DNA of 16,035 nucleotides from Elusimicrobiota bacterium (GTDB lineage Bacteria; CG03; SLGR01; JAGXOG01): the NCBI GenBank assembly GCA_051745145.1, contig JBNJDT010000038.1, positions 1-16,035 of the forward strand, in the 5' to 3' direction. Numbering within the stretch: position 1 is the stretch's first letter; each line of letters opens with the position of its first letter. Both the position numbers and the translations under genes were made by a program. The notes below the pieces were generated by a model. It was not told where the DNA came from. It did no database searches and saw nothing but the letters and a program-made list of their open reading frames with translations. Below are positions 7,211 through 15,273 of the stretch, piece by piece.

Positions 7211-7624
7211 TTATTCGCCGGACTCTTTTTCCAACTCTTTTAACCTCTCCTGTATCTGGTCAAGTTCCTGTTTTAAAGCATCACTCTGTTGTTTCAAATA
7301 ATCCGCTTCCTGCTCGGGACTGACCTGCTGCTGGGGTTGCGGTTGGGGAGCTGGCTGAGGTTGCTGTGGGGGCGTAGGATTTCCCCAGGCGGGCATTCCA
7401 TTTGCAGCTCTTGCCCATCCCGGCTGTCCTGTAGCGCGATACCAGTTCCGGTATCCCCGGCCTGCACCTCGACCGCCTCGACCGGCTCCGGCACCTCTTC
7501 CGAAAGCACCGCCACGCGATCCCGGATTTGCATAACCGGGTACATTATATCCGGCGCAGTATCCGGCTCCTCTGCCGGTCATCGGTCCTGCACCCTGTGG
7601 TCCTGTTCTATCTCCTGCTGGCAT
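7211..7624 (-). CDS. DUF5320 family low-complexity protein
   Basis: Signature start MPAGDRTGPQGAGPMTGRGAGYC, then a Gly/Arg-rich stretch, a Pro/Gln linker and a C-terminal coiled coil. Start moved to ATG 7624, which lies 6 nt after AAGGAGGTG (7631-7639). Confidence 0.88.
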   Translation of the reverse strand: MPAGDRTGPQGAGPMTGRGAGYCAGYNVPGYANPGSRGGAFGRGAGAGRGGRGAGRGYRNWYRATGQPGWARAANGMPAWGNPTPPQQPQPAPQPQPQQQVSPEQEADYLKQQSDALKQELDQIQERLKELEKESGE

Positions 7625-7625
7625 T

Positions 7626-8084
7626 TTAATCACCTCCTTCTTTATTTACACACTTTTTACACTTTCCGTAAAAATGCAGTTGATGTGTATCTATATCAAA
7701 CTCAAACTTATTTGATAATTCTTTTTCAAGATCTTCTATCAATTTTTTCTCGCGTTCTATAAACTCGGAATAATTAATAATATCCCCGCAAACTTCACAT
7801 ATTAAATGATGGTGATGTTCTGCGGCTTCGTTTTCCCGTAATTCGTATCTGGCCTTGCCGTCTCCGAACTGATACCGTTTTAAAATACCCTGCTCGGTTA
7901 AAAATTCTAAATTTCTGTAAACCGTGGCTATCCCTATCTGGGACCCTTTCTCTTGCAACCTTATATAAACTTCATCGGCACTCAAATGCTTTTCTGTTTC
8001 CATAAATACATCTACTACATCCTGTCTGGGATTTGTCCACCTGAATTTATTTCCAAATCTTTTCCTGTATCTTTGCTGATTCAT
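7626..8084 (-). CDS. fur: Fur family transcriptional regulator
   Basis: T.PRQ, HLSADEVY, IGIATVYRNL, RYE, HHHHLICEVCG and YGKCKKC motifs. Start moved from 8159 to ATG 8084 because RBS AAAGGAGGT sits at 8088-8096 and the upstream 'extension' is the promoter/operator. Metal specificity is not proven. Confidence 0.93.
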   Translation of the reverse strand: MNQQRYRKRFGNKFRWTNPRQDVVDVFMETEKHLSADEVYIRLQEKGSQIGIATVYRNLEFLTEQGILKRYQFGDGKARYELRENEAAEHHHHLICEVCGDIINYSEFIEREKKLIEDLEKELSNKFEFDIDTHQLHFYGKCKKCVNKEGGD

Positions 8085-8100
8085 TTTACCTCCTTTATGG

Positions 8101-8121
8101 TAATGATAATTATTATCATTA
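8101..8121. promoter_or_regulatory. Fur box operator
   Basis: Perfect 10-1-10 inverted repeat TAATGATAAT-T-ATTATCATTA containing the 7-1-7 TGATAATnATTATCA consensus. Positions 8099-8117 match GATAATGATAATCATTATC at 17 of 19 bases. Confidence 0.93.
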
Positions 8122-8131
8122 AGTTTGTCAA
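8103..8131 (-). promoter_or_regulatory. Sigma70-type promoter of the fur operon
   Basis: The minus strand reads TTGACA (8131-8126), a 17-nt spacer, TATCAT (8108-8103), then TACCATAAAGGAGGTAAAATG. The -10 element and spacer lie inside the Fur box. Confidence 0.85.
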
Positions 8132-8242
8132 CTTTTAAATCCCCATATTTATATTTCATAAGTGCGATAAACTGTAGGATTTTTTAGAGTAGTTTAAACT
8201 TTTTACAAAAAATAATTCTAAGGTATGTTTACGGGACTAAGG

Positions 8243-10024
8243 TTATTCTCTATCTTTTTCTATCCGCTGCTGGTAATCCCCCAGCCGGTCGCTCTCTTTA
8301 TTTTTCTGATCCCACTTATCCAGAATATGGAGTACTGCCCTATGGGGGGTACGGAAAATATATTCTTTTTTCCCCATTTTTTCATACAAGCCCGCTCTTT
8401 TCAATACATCTCTTACCGGTCCTTTCAAACCGGTTATATAAAACTCTACGTCCCATTTTTCTAAAGTATTTCTAATCATTTCTATAGCATCCAAAGCCGT
8501 AGTATCCAAGTCGTTTATGGCGCTCCCGTCTACTATTACTGCTTCAAGTTTATCATCGTGATTCCGGGATTTTTCAAATATATATTCTTTAAAAACTTCA
8601 ACGTTATTAAAAGAAAAACTGGCATCTATTCTCAGTATCAGTATTTTTTCAAGTTTATGGGCATCGGAAAACCGGTCCATATCTTTAAATGACCGGGTTC
8701 CGGATAAATGTCCGAGTTCAACTACATTGGGATTACTCTGCCGGTACAGTAAGGCCAGAAGAGAAGCTACCACTCCCAGCAGTATACCTTCCTGGATACC
8801 TATTATCAAAGTTGTGATAAAAGTAATACCAGCTATGATGCTGTCCCTTCTTTTGGTTTTATAAAGAAATTTTACCGACTTAAAATCTATAAGATTAACT
8901 GCGGCTCCGATTACTACCGCGGCTAAGGATGCATAAGGCAAATAATAAAAAAGGGGAGTTAAAAATATGAGTGTTAAAAGTATAACAGTTGCAGCAAATA
9001 CATGGGTTAAAGCCGTTTCGGACCCGGTCTGTTCATTTACGGCAGAGCACGAAAAACTGGCCGATACCGGCATAGCTTTGAAAAAACCGTTTACTATATT
9101 TCCCAGTCCCAGTGAAAGAAGCTCCTGATTTGGATCTATGGGATAGCGGTGCCTGGTGGCATACGTTTTTGCCAGAGTTGAAATTGTCATAAATTGAACT
9201 AAGGCTAATGTCATGGCTGTGGATAAAAGATCTCTGAAATTACTGAGAGTTAAAGCGGGAAATGAAAAGCCGGAAAACCCGCTGGGGATTTCCCCCACTA
9301 TTCCTACTCCCTGCTGGGGTAAATCAAGTCCCCAGCCGGCCAGGATCCCCACTATAAGAACAAACAGGTAGCCCGGGAACATCGGCTTCCACAATTTAAC
9401 TATAATTAAAAACAGCAGAGAAGCTCCTCCCACTATTAAAGTGGTAAAATTAATACTCCCTATCCGGCTGACAAGTTCGGCAATAACTTCATAAAAATAC
9501 GGGGAATATCCTGTTTCAATACCCAGTAAACTCCCCAGCTGCCCGGCAACTATTATCATGGCCGCGGCCATGGCAAAACCCGTTATAACCGGCCGGGAAA
9601 TATAATTTACCAAAAATCCAAGTTTTAAACTGAACATTAATATCTGTATCAAACCCACTAACAGGGCCAGTAAGGTTACCAGTAAAATATATCTCTCCGT
9701 CCCCGGGGTGGCCACGCTTCCCACTCCGGAGGCTATTATAACCATATCTATAGCTATGGTACTGACTAGAATATGGCGGGAAGTCCCAAACAAAGGATAA
9801 ATCATCAAAGGTAAGATGCAGGCGTATAAACCGTAAACCGGGGGGACTCCGGCAATCATGGCATAAGCCATTGACTGGGGAATAAGGATTATTCCAATAG
9901 TAACTCCCGATTGAATATCTTTACCCAGCTTTTTTAGATTGTAATCTTCCAGCCAGCCGAAAATAGTAAAAAATTTTGCCGTTCTTTTTAATTTATTACT
10001 AAACTTTTTTATCTTTTCAGACAT
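8243..10024 (-). CDS. SulP/SLC26 family anion (sulfate) permease with STAS domain
   Basis: IPQSMAYA.IAGVPPVYGLY, LFGTSRH, ISRPVITGF and NQELLSLG..N motifs; C-terminal STAS domain (LRIDASFSF.N, IVDGSAINDLDTTA). Confidence 0.95.
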   Translation of the reverse strand: MSEKIKKFSNKLKRTAKFFTIFGWLEDYNLKKLGKDIQSGVTIGIILIPQSMAYAMIAGVPPVYGLYACILPLMIYPLFGTSRHILVSTIAIDMVIIASGVGSVATPGTERYILLVTLLALLVGLIQILMFSLKLGFLVNYISRPVITGFAMAAAMIIVAGQLGSLLGIETGYSPYFYEVIAELVSRIGSINFTTLIVGGASLLFLIIVKLWKPMFPGYLFVLIVGILAGWGLDLPQQGVGIVGEIPSGFSGFSFPALTLSNFRDLLSTAMTLALVQFMTISTLAKTYATRHRYPIDPNQELLSLGLGNIVNGFFKAMPVSASFSCSAVNEQTGSETALTHVFAATVILLTLIFLTPLFYYLPYASLAAVVIGAAVNLIDFKSVKFLYKTKRRDSIIAGITFITTLIIGIQEGILLGVVASLLALLYRQSNPNVVELGHLSGTRSFKDMDRFSDAHKLEKILILRIDASFSFNNVEVFKEYIFEKSRNHDDKLEAVIVDGSAINDLDTTALDAIEMIRNTLEKWDVEFYITGLKGPVRDVLKRAGLYEKMGKKEYIFRTPHRAVLHILDKWDQKNKESDRLGDYQQRIEKDRE

Positions 10025-10050
10025 TTAAAACAATATTTTTTTTCTCTTTT

Positions 10051-10869
10051 CTACAAATTATCAGTCAAAATTTTTTCTAATTTATCCGTATCTTTTTGAG
10101 CTTCTTTTAAAACTTTATCTATTTTATAAAATTCCAGTATACCGACATCTACAAGCGCCGGTTTAATATAAATATCAGGGGGATTGACTTTCAACTTATT
10201 TTCCATTAAAGCCTCCTGTACAATCTGATAGTTACCTATGATACTGTTAAATATATTTGGTTTACCCCCTTTTTCTTCATCGGAATGTCGTTCTCCTAAA
10301 ACGTCAACGGCTATCCCGATATCACATTCATCGTAAATTAAATCATAGGGAACTGGATTTACACTTCCCCCGTCCATAAGCTCCTCTCCATCTATAGAAA
10401 CAGTTTCAAATACCCCGGGTATAGAAATGCTGGCTCGTATAGCTTTATACACCGGTCCGCTGGTAAATACCCGCTGGGTACCGCTCCAAAAATCAGTTGC
10501 CACTATCTTTAAAGGCAAATTGAGATCTTTAAAATATATATTACCGGTTTTTTCCTTTAGATATTTTTCTATTTTTTTACCTTTAATTAAACCTTTTCTT
10601 TTAAAAAAAGTAAGGTCGATTAAGGAACCGGCGTCCATCAAATCAATATCGCGGAATTCTTTTTCGATATCTTCACCGGAATATCCGCATCCGTAAAGCG
10701 CTCCCATTATGGCCCCTATACTGGTACCGGAAATTATTTTTGGTCTTAAATCCAATTTATCAAAAACTTTCAAAATTTCTAAATGGGTAAGCCCTCTTGC
10801 ACCCCCGCCCCCTAAAGCAAGCCCGATTCTGGCGTTTTTAATTTTTCTGTCTAAATTATTAATTAACAA
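10051..10869 (-). CDS. Patatin-like phospholipase (RssA/NTE family)
   Basis: LALGGGGARG oxyanion motif, GTSIG nucleophile, AIRASISIPG and DGG motifs; overlaps the ModE-like gene by 7 nt. Confidence 0.95.
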   Translation of the reverse strand: MLINNLDRKIKNARIGLALGGGGARGLTHLEILKVFDKLDLRPKIISGTSIGAIMGALYGCGYSGEDIEKEFRDIDLMDAGSLIDLTFFKRKGLIKGKKIEKYLKEKTGNIYFKDLNLPLKIVATDFWSGTQRVFTSGPVYKAIRASISIPGVFETVSIDGEELMDGGSVNPVPYDLIYDECDIGIAVDVLGERHSDEEKGGKPNIFNSIIGNYQIVQEALMENKLKVNPPDIYIKPALVDVGILEFYKIDKVLKEAQKDTDKLEKILTDNL

Positions 10870-11231
10870 TTTTCTTTAGTCTCTCCTTTAAATTTCGTGT
10901 TTTTTCTAAAATTCCTGAAAACTTTTCTGGATTTGTTTTTTAATTTTCTCTCTATCTTTTTATATCTGGCAATTAATTCTTTGCCCTTACGGGTAAGTTT
11001 TGTACCGCCCCCTGATTTCCCCCCTATACTCTTTTTAACAATATCAAAACTGAAATTTTTTTCTATCTTTTTTATAAGCGTATGAGCCTTAGAATAAGAC
11101 ATATCCATATTTTTGGCCGCCTTTCTTATTGAACCGGTGTTTTCAATTTCTTCCAGCAATAAAACCGGTCCCCGGCCTAAAATAGGAATCCCTTGGTCAT
11201 TTTTAATATATATTTTTATATCAATATCCAT
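10863..11231 (-). CDS. ModE-like winged-helix regulator (N-terminal domain only)
   Basis: G.G..LL..IENTGSIRKAAKNMDMSYSKA and GGKSGGGTKLT..G motifs; no Mop/TOBE domain follows. Confidence 0.88.
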   Translation of the reverse strand: MDIDIKIYIKNDQGIPILGRGPVLLLEEIENTGSIRKAAKNMDMSYSKAHTLIKKIEKNFSFDIVKKSIGGKSGGGTKLTRKGKELIARYKKIERKLKNKSRKVFRNFRKNTKFKGETKENC

Positions 11232-11247
11232 TGTATCTTACTCAAAG

Positions 11248-11276
11248 ATTCTACCTGTCAATTTTTGTCATGTCAA
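11248..11276 (-). promoter_or_regulatory. Internal sigma70-type promoter upstream of the ModE-like gene
   Basis: The minus strand reads TTGACA (11276-11271, overlapping the SLC13 stop codon), a 17-nt spacer and TAGAAT (11253-11248), 16 nt before the ATG at 11231. Confidence 0.7.
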
Positions 11277-13246
11277 ACCATAGGCCATATCCAGTTTACC
11301 GTAAGAGGCACCACCCCTGTAAGTATTAACTGGAGAGGAGCCCCAACCCTAAAAAAGTCCCCGAATTTATACCCTCCGGGTCCATATACCATTAAATTAG
11401 TCTGATTCCCCACCGGGGTGAGAAAAGCTGTACTCGAAGCCATCATAACCGTAATTAAAAACGGAAACGGATTTAACCCCATGCCCGTTGCAGCATTAAC
11501 AGCTACCGGGGCCATAAGAATTAAACTTGCATTTTTATGTATTAAATTAGTAAGTACAGCCGTCACTAAATAAAATAAAGCTAAGATGCCCAGGGGAGGT
11601 AAAAATTTAGCTACTCTTAAGGTATTATAAGCCACATAGGAAGCAGCTCCCGAACGCTCCATTGCCATTCCCAAGGGTATAAGACCGGCAATTAAAAATA
11701 TAACTTCCCAGTCAACAGCTTCGTGAAGATCATTGGGTTTAATACAGCCTGTAGCACACATAAGTATCGCTCCTCCAAGGGCTGAAATTACAATTGGAAC
11801 TATATCTAAAGCCGCCAGCAGGATAACCGCTCCCAGTATTCCCAGAGCTATGGGAGTTTTCGCTCTGCGGTACTCAGACGGTTCTATTTTTTCTTCTACA
11901 ATAAAATTTCTATTTGCCCGCAACCTGTTAAGAGTAGTTTCAGTGGCAAGTATTAAGAGTACATCTCCGGATTTAAGTTTAATGTTATCTAATCGGTCGT
12001 GAGAAAGTTTTTCTCCGCGCCTTATGGCAAGTATTGTAGCATCATAACGCTGCGAAAAATTAACATTTTTAAGTGTCACATCATCTAAAAACGACCCCCG
12101 GGGGATAACAATCTGGGCTACTGTCTGCCCCTTTTCGGGTTCCTCCAGTTTTTTTTCAGAAACCCGTTTACGGGAAAATATCTCCACCCCCTCTCTATCA
12201 AGTATTTTTAAGAGATTTTCCCGGTTTGTACAGATTAATAAATGGTCATTTTCCCGGAGAGTTTTAACCTGCAGGGGCTCCATAAACTTTTCTCCTTCCC
12301 GTATAATTTGAACCAGTTCAATATCAAATTTAAATTTCGGAAAAACATCACTGACATTTTTACCTATAAATTCTGAATCTCGTTCTATAATAAGTTCAGT
12401 CAGGAAATTCCCCATCTCATATTTTTGGGTAAGATCCTCTTTTGGTTTTAACCGTTCAGGCAGAAGGCGGTGCCCTATAAAAATTAAATATATCAAACCT
12501 ACAACCAGAATAACTATACCCACAGCTGTAAATTCAAAAAATGAAAACGGTTTATCCAGGAGTCTTGCGGAAATATCACTGGTTATCAGATTTGTAGAAC
12601 TGCCAATTACAGTCAAAGTTCCCCCCATCATGGCAGCGTAAGAAAGAGGAATCATTAATTTAGAAGGAGAAGTCTTAACTTTATGGGCCAGATTAGAGAC
12701 CATAGGAATAAATATAGCCACAACCGGCGTATTGTTAATTATACCTGCTACAGGCCCAGAAAGCCCTGTAATTATAGCTACCTGTTTTATAATACTTTTA
12801 CCCGAAATAGTAGATATTTTATCACCTAAAACCTGAATAAGTCCGGTCTGCTGTATCCCTTCACTTAAAATAAACATTGCCATTATGGTTATTGTAGCTT
12901 CATTAGAAAAACCGGATATAGCTTCCGAACTACTGATTCCGGTCCAGGGTTTTAAAGCGGTGAGTAATACGGGAATTCCAAGAACAATTGTATAAATCGG
13001 ACCCGGCTCCCATAAAAATAACAGTATTAAACCCATTATTAAAGAAAGAGTTATCCCGGCAGAAACAGTTAATTCATTCTCGCTGTTTATAGAATCACCT
13101 GCAAATTTTTCTTCGGCTCTGATTGTCGAAGAAATTTCTGATTTCTCAGTTATAAAATTTCTAGAAGCAAAACTTCTGCAGGGATTCAAAAAAGAAAATA
13201 CTCCTAAAAATAGAAATATAAAAAATAAATATTTATAATCTTTCAA
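11273..13246 (-). CDS. SLC13/DASS family permease with TrkA-C (RCK_C) domains (putative Na+:sulfate/dicarboxylate symporter)
   Basis: AISGFSNEA, INNTPVVAIFIP and SPSKLMIPLSYA...GGTLT.IGSSTN motifs; two soluble TrkA-C repeats; FLTPVGNQTNLMVYGPGGYKF.DF.RVG.PL. The TTG start is uncertain. Confidence 0.93.
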   Translation of the reverse strand: MKDYKYLFFIFLFLGVFSFLNPCRSFASRNFITEKSEISSTIRAEEKFAGDSINSENELTVSAGITLSLIMGLILLFLWEPGPIYTIVLGIPVLLTALKPWTGISSSEAISGFSNEATITIMAMFILSEGIQQTGLIQVLGDKISTISGKSIIKQVAIITGLSGPVAGIINNTPVVAIFIPMVSNLAHKVKTSPSKLMIPLSYAAMMGGTLTVIGSSTNLITSDISARLLDKPFSFFEFTAVGIVILVVGLIYLIFIGHRLLPERLKPKEDLTQKYEMGNFLTELIIERDSEFIGKNVSDVFPKFKFDIELVQIIREGEKFMEPLQVKTLRENDHLLICTNRENLLKILDREGVEIFSRKRVSEKKLEEPEKGQTVAQIVIPRGSFLDDVTLKNVNFSQRYDATILAIRRGEKLSHDRLDNIKLKSGDVLLILATETTLNRLRANRNFIVEEKIEPSEYRRAKTPIALGILGAVILLAALDIVPIVISALGGAILMCATGCIKPNDLHEAVDWEVIFLIAGLIPLGMAMERSGAASYVAYNTLRVAKFLPPLGILALFYLVTAVLTNLIHKNASLILMAPVAVNAATGMGLNPFPFLITVMMASSTAFLTPVGNQTNLMVYGPGGYKFGDFFRVGAPLQLILTGVVPLTVNWIWPMV

Positions 13247-13395
13247 AATATCTTTATCCTTTTATATTTACTCAGTATTTTACCATTCTTTAATATAACA
13301 AAATTTTCGATTTTTTAAAGTGCCGTTAGTTACTATTCTTTTACCCTTAAAATACAATAAAGTTAAAAATTAACTGTCTCACTCATTAATATTTT

Positions 13396-13424
13396 ATTAT
13401 ACTCTAATTGGCATTTTGCCGCAA
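13396..13424 (-). promoter_or_regulatory. Putative sigma70 promoter for the SLC13 permease
   Basis: The minus strand reads TTGCGG (13424-13419), a 17-nt spacer and TATAAT (13401-13396). The region is AT-rich, so a chance match is possible. Confidence 0.5.
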
Positions 13425-13513
13425 ATACATCTATATTTTATATGGACTGTATTCGATGCATATATCCGGGATTAGCCCGATATTACAATTACTTACATGG
13501 TTAAGCTCCAATA

Positions 13514-13542
13514 TTGACATCGTTCTTTTTAAAAGTTATAAA
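13514..13542 (+). promoter_or_regulatory. Putative sigma70 promoter for the M48 peptidase
   Basis: TTGACA (13514-13519), a 17-nt spacer and TATAAA (13537-13542), upstream of RBS AAGGAG and ATG 13577. Confidence 0.5.
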
Positions 13543-13576
13543 GTCCTATCGAATTGTAAATAAAAAAGGAGTTAAC

Positions 13577-14812
13577 ATGAATATATTTCTTTTACTTATC
13601 ATACTATTTATTGCCGGGGATTACCTGTTTAAACTGATTGCCGAAATTTTAAATATAAAAAATACTTCCGATCAGTTACCTGCGGAATTTAAGGATTACT
13701 ACGATTCTCAAAAATACAAAAAATCCCAGCAGTATTTAAAAGATAAAACTAAATTCAACCTTGTTGAGTCCGGTTTTTTTGATCTTTTAATAATAGTTTT
13801 TATCCTGACCGGCGGTTTTAATACTGTGGATTTATGGGCCAGAAATTTTGGCATGGGGAAAATTATAACCGGTCTGATATTTATCGCAATACTGTTTCTG
13901 GGAATGTCTGTAATAAGTATCCCCTTTGACTGGTTCAAAACATTTGTTATAGAAGAAAAATACGATTTCAATAAGACCGACACAAAAACTTTTATACTTG
14001 ACAGGGTAAAATCTCTTTTTCTGGGTCTGATAATAGGGGGGCCGCTTCTGGCTTTAATTTTATGGTTTTTTTATTCTGCCGGTTCAAACGCCTGGTTATA
14101 CTGCTGGATAGCAGTGATAATTTTTCAATATTTTCTGCTGTACATCTCACCGGTTGTTATACTGCCCCTTTTTAATGAATTCACCCCTTTAAAAGAAGGT
14201 AAATTGAGAAAGGCCATAGAAGATTATGCCCGTAAAATGGACTTTAAAATTAAAGGTATTTTTAAAATTGACGGTTCCCGGCGCTCGACAAAATCAAACG
14301 CCTATTTCACCGGACTGGGAAAATTTAAAAGAATTGCCCTTTTTGACACGTTAATAGACAATCACTCCGTAGATGAGATAGTCTCCGTACTCGCTCACGA
14401 AGTGGGCCACTACACCAAAAAACATATACATAAACTCATGGGAATGTCGGTAATAAAAGCCGGAATTACTTTCTTTTTACTCTCTTTTTTTATTGATAAC
14501 CCCCGGCTTTTTAAGGCATTCCAGATGGAAAATATTTCTGTTTACGGAGGTATAGTATTTTTCTCTTTTCTCTATACCCCGGTCAACAGTATATTGGGAA
14601 TAGTTACAAATATTTTTTCCCGAAAATACGAGTACCAGGCTGACCGGTTTGCCGTTGATACCTATAAAAACCCGGAGGCTTTTACCAGGGCTTTGAAAAA
14701 GCTTACCGTAGATAACTTAGGTAACCTTACCCCTCATCCTTTTAAGGTATTTATTGATTACAGCCATCCGCCGGTACTCCAACGAATTAAGGCAATAAAA
14801 AATTTACCTTAA
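13577..14812 (+). CDS. M48 family Zn metallopeptidase (STE24/CaaX protease-like)
   Basis: Multiple TM segments; F.IEEKY.FNK, DGSRRSTKSNAYFTGLGKFKRIALFDTL, VLAHEVGH (HExxH), SRKYEYQAD and YSHPP..QRI motifs. Start set at ATG 13577 after AAGGAG; the ORF-track TTG at 13514 is the -35 hexamer. Confidence 0.95.
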   Translation: MNIFLLLIILFIAGDYLFKLIAEILNIKNTSDQLPAEFKDYYDSQKYKKSQQYLKDKTKFNLVESGFFDLLIIVFILTGGFNTVDLWARNFGMGKIITGLIFIAILFLGMSVISIPFDWFKTFVIEEKYDFNKTDTKTFILDRVKSLFLGLIIGGPLLALILWFFYSAGSNAWLYCWIAVIIFQYFLLYISPVVILPLFNEFTPLKEGKLRKAIEDYARKMDFKIKGIFKIDGSRRSTKSNAYFTGLGKFKRIALFDTLIDNHSVDEIVSVLAHEVGHYTKKHIHKLMGMSVIKAGITFFLLSFFIDNPRLFKAFQMENISVYGGIVFFSFLYTPVNSILGIVTNIFSRKYEYQADRFAVDTYKNPEAFTRALKKLTVDNLGNLTPHPFKVFIDYSHPPVLQRIKAIKNLP

Positions 14813-14830
14813 CAAATTTTTATTAGAGAC

Positions 14831-15238
14831 TTATTCTTTTTCTATTTCAATAGTTATTTGAGATTCCATATCATCCTGGGTGGCTGTGACAAATCCCATC
14901 ATACCGGAAAAATCTTCCGAAAGTGTAAAAGTAGTCTCTTTACCTTCTTCTGAAGAAAAACTTCCCGCATCACTTGACCAGGACGGATTTACAGAATCAC
15001 CGCTTACATTAGCACCCGTTACTTCCCTGGAATTAGCGTCATAACCTTTTACAATAAGTTTAACTGATTCACCCGGGGAAAGAGATACCGGACCGGTTGA
15101 TCCTTCCTCGGTCTCAATTGAAATAGATTCTACTCCGGCTGAAACACTTACACCGGTTTTTTCAGTAGCTTTCTGGGCTATAGCCGCACAACCTGATACC
15201 AATACCGCAACTAAAATTACTGGAACTAATTTTCTCAT
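14831..15238 (-). CDS. Hypothetical lipoprotein with probable Ig-like beta domain
   Basis: MRK, a hydrophobic stretch and lipobox VSGC; the VKGYDAN...WSS...G.F pattern is typical of bacterial Ig-like folds. RBS AAGGAG. Confidence 0.7.
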   Translation of the reverse strand: MRKLVPVILVAVLVSGCAAIAQKATEKTGVSVSAGVESISIETEEGSTGPVSLSPGESVKLIVKGYDANSREVTGANVSGDSVNPSWSSDAGSFSSEEGKETTFTLSEDFSGMMGFVTATQDDMESQITIEIEKE

Positions 15239-15273
15239 AACTTCTCCTTCTTTTTCCTAAATAAACAACTCCT

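Noticed and set aside
7289..7762. Overlapping ORFs 7289..7762 (+) and 7294..7545 (-), and the local GC-rich patch as a possible foreign island
   Set aside because: Explained by the Gly/Pro/Arg/Ala codons of DUF5320, which deplete stop codons in other frames; no protein motifs.
8085..8159. 25-aa N-terminal extension of Fur in the ORF track
   Set aside because: This stretch is the promoter, Fur box and SD sequence; ATG 8084 has the strong RBS.
13514..13576. TTG start and extension of the M48 peptidase
   Set aside because: The TTG is part of a TTGACA -35 element; ATG 13577 follows AAGGAG.
13247..13576. Riboswitch, ModE box or sigma54 site in the 330-bp divergent intergenic region
   Set aside because: No recognisable aptamer or ModE consensus. 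The TGGCA...GC spacing at ~13409-13422 is one base short of -24/-12, and the GGCAtttTGCC hairpin is too small.
148..13983. Short antisense ORFs (e.g. 148..330, 559..762, 2881..3198, 4072..4257, 6247..6656, 8225..8464, 10427..10696, 11733..12002, 13708..13983)
   Set aside because: They are shadows of well-supported genes on the opposite strand, with no recognisable motifs.
14813..14830. Bidirectional terminator between the convergent peptidase and lipoprotein genes
   Set aside because: The 18-bp gap has no GC-rich stem-loop.
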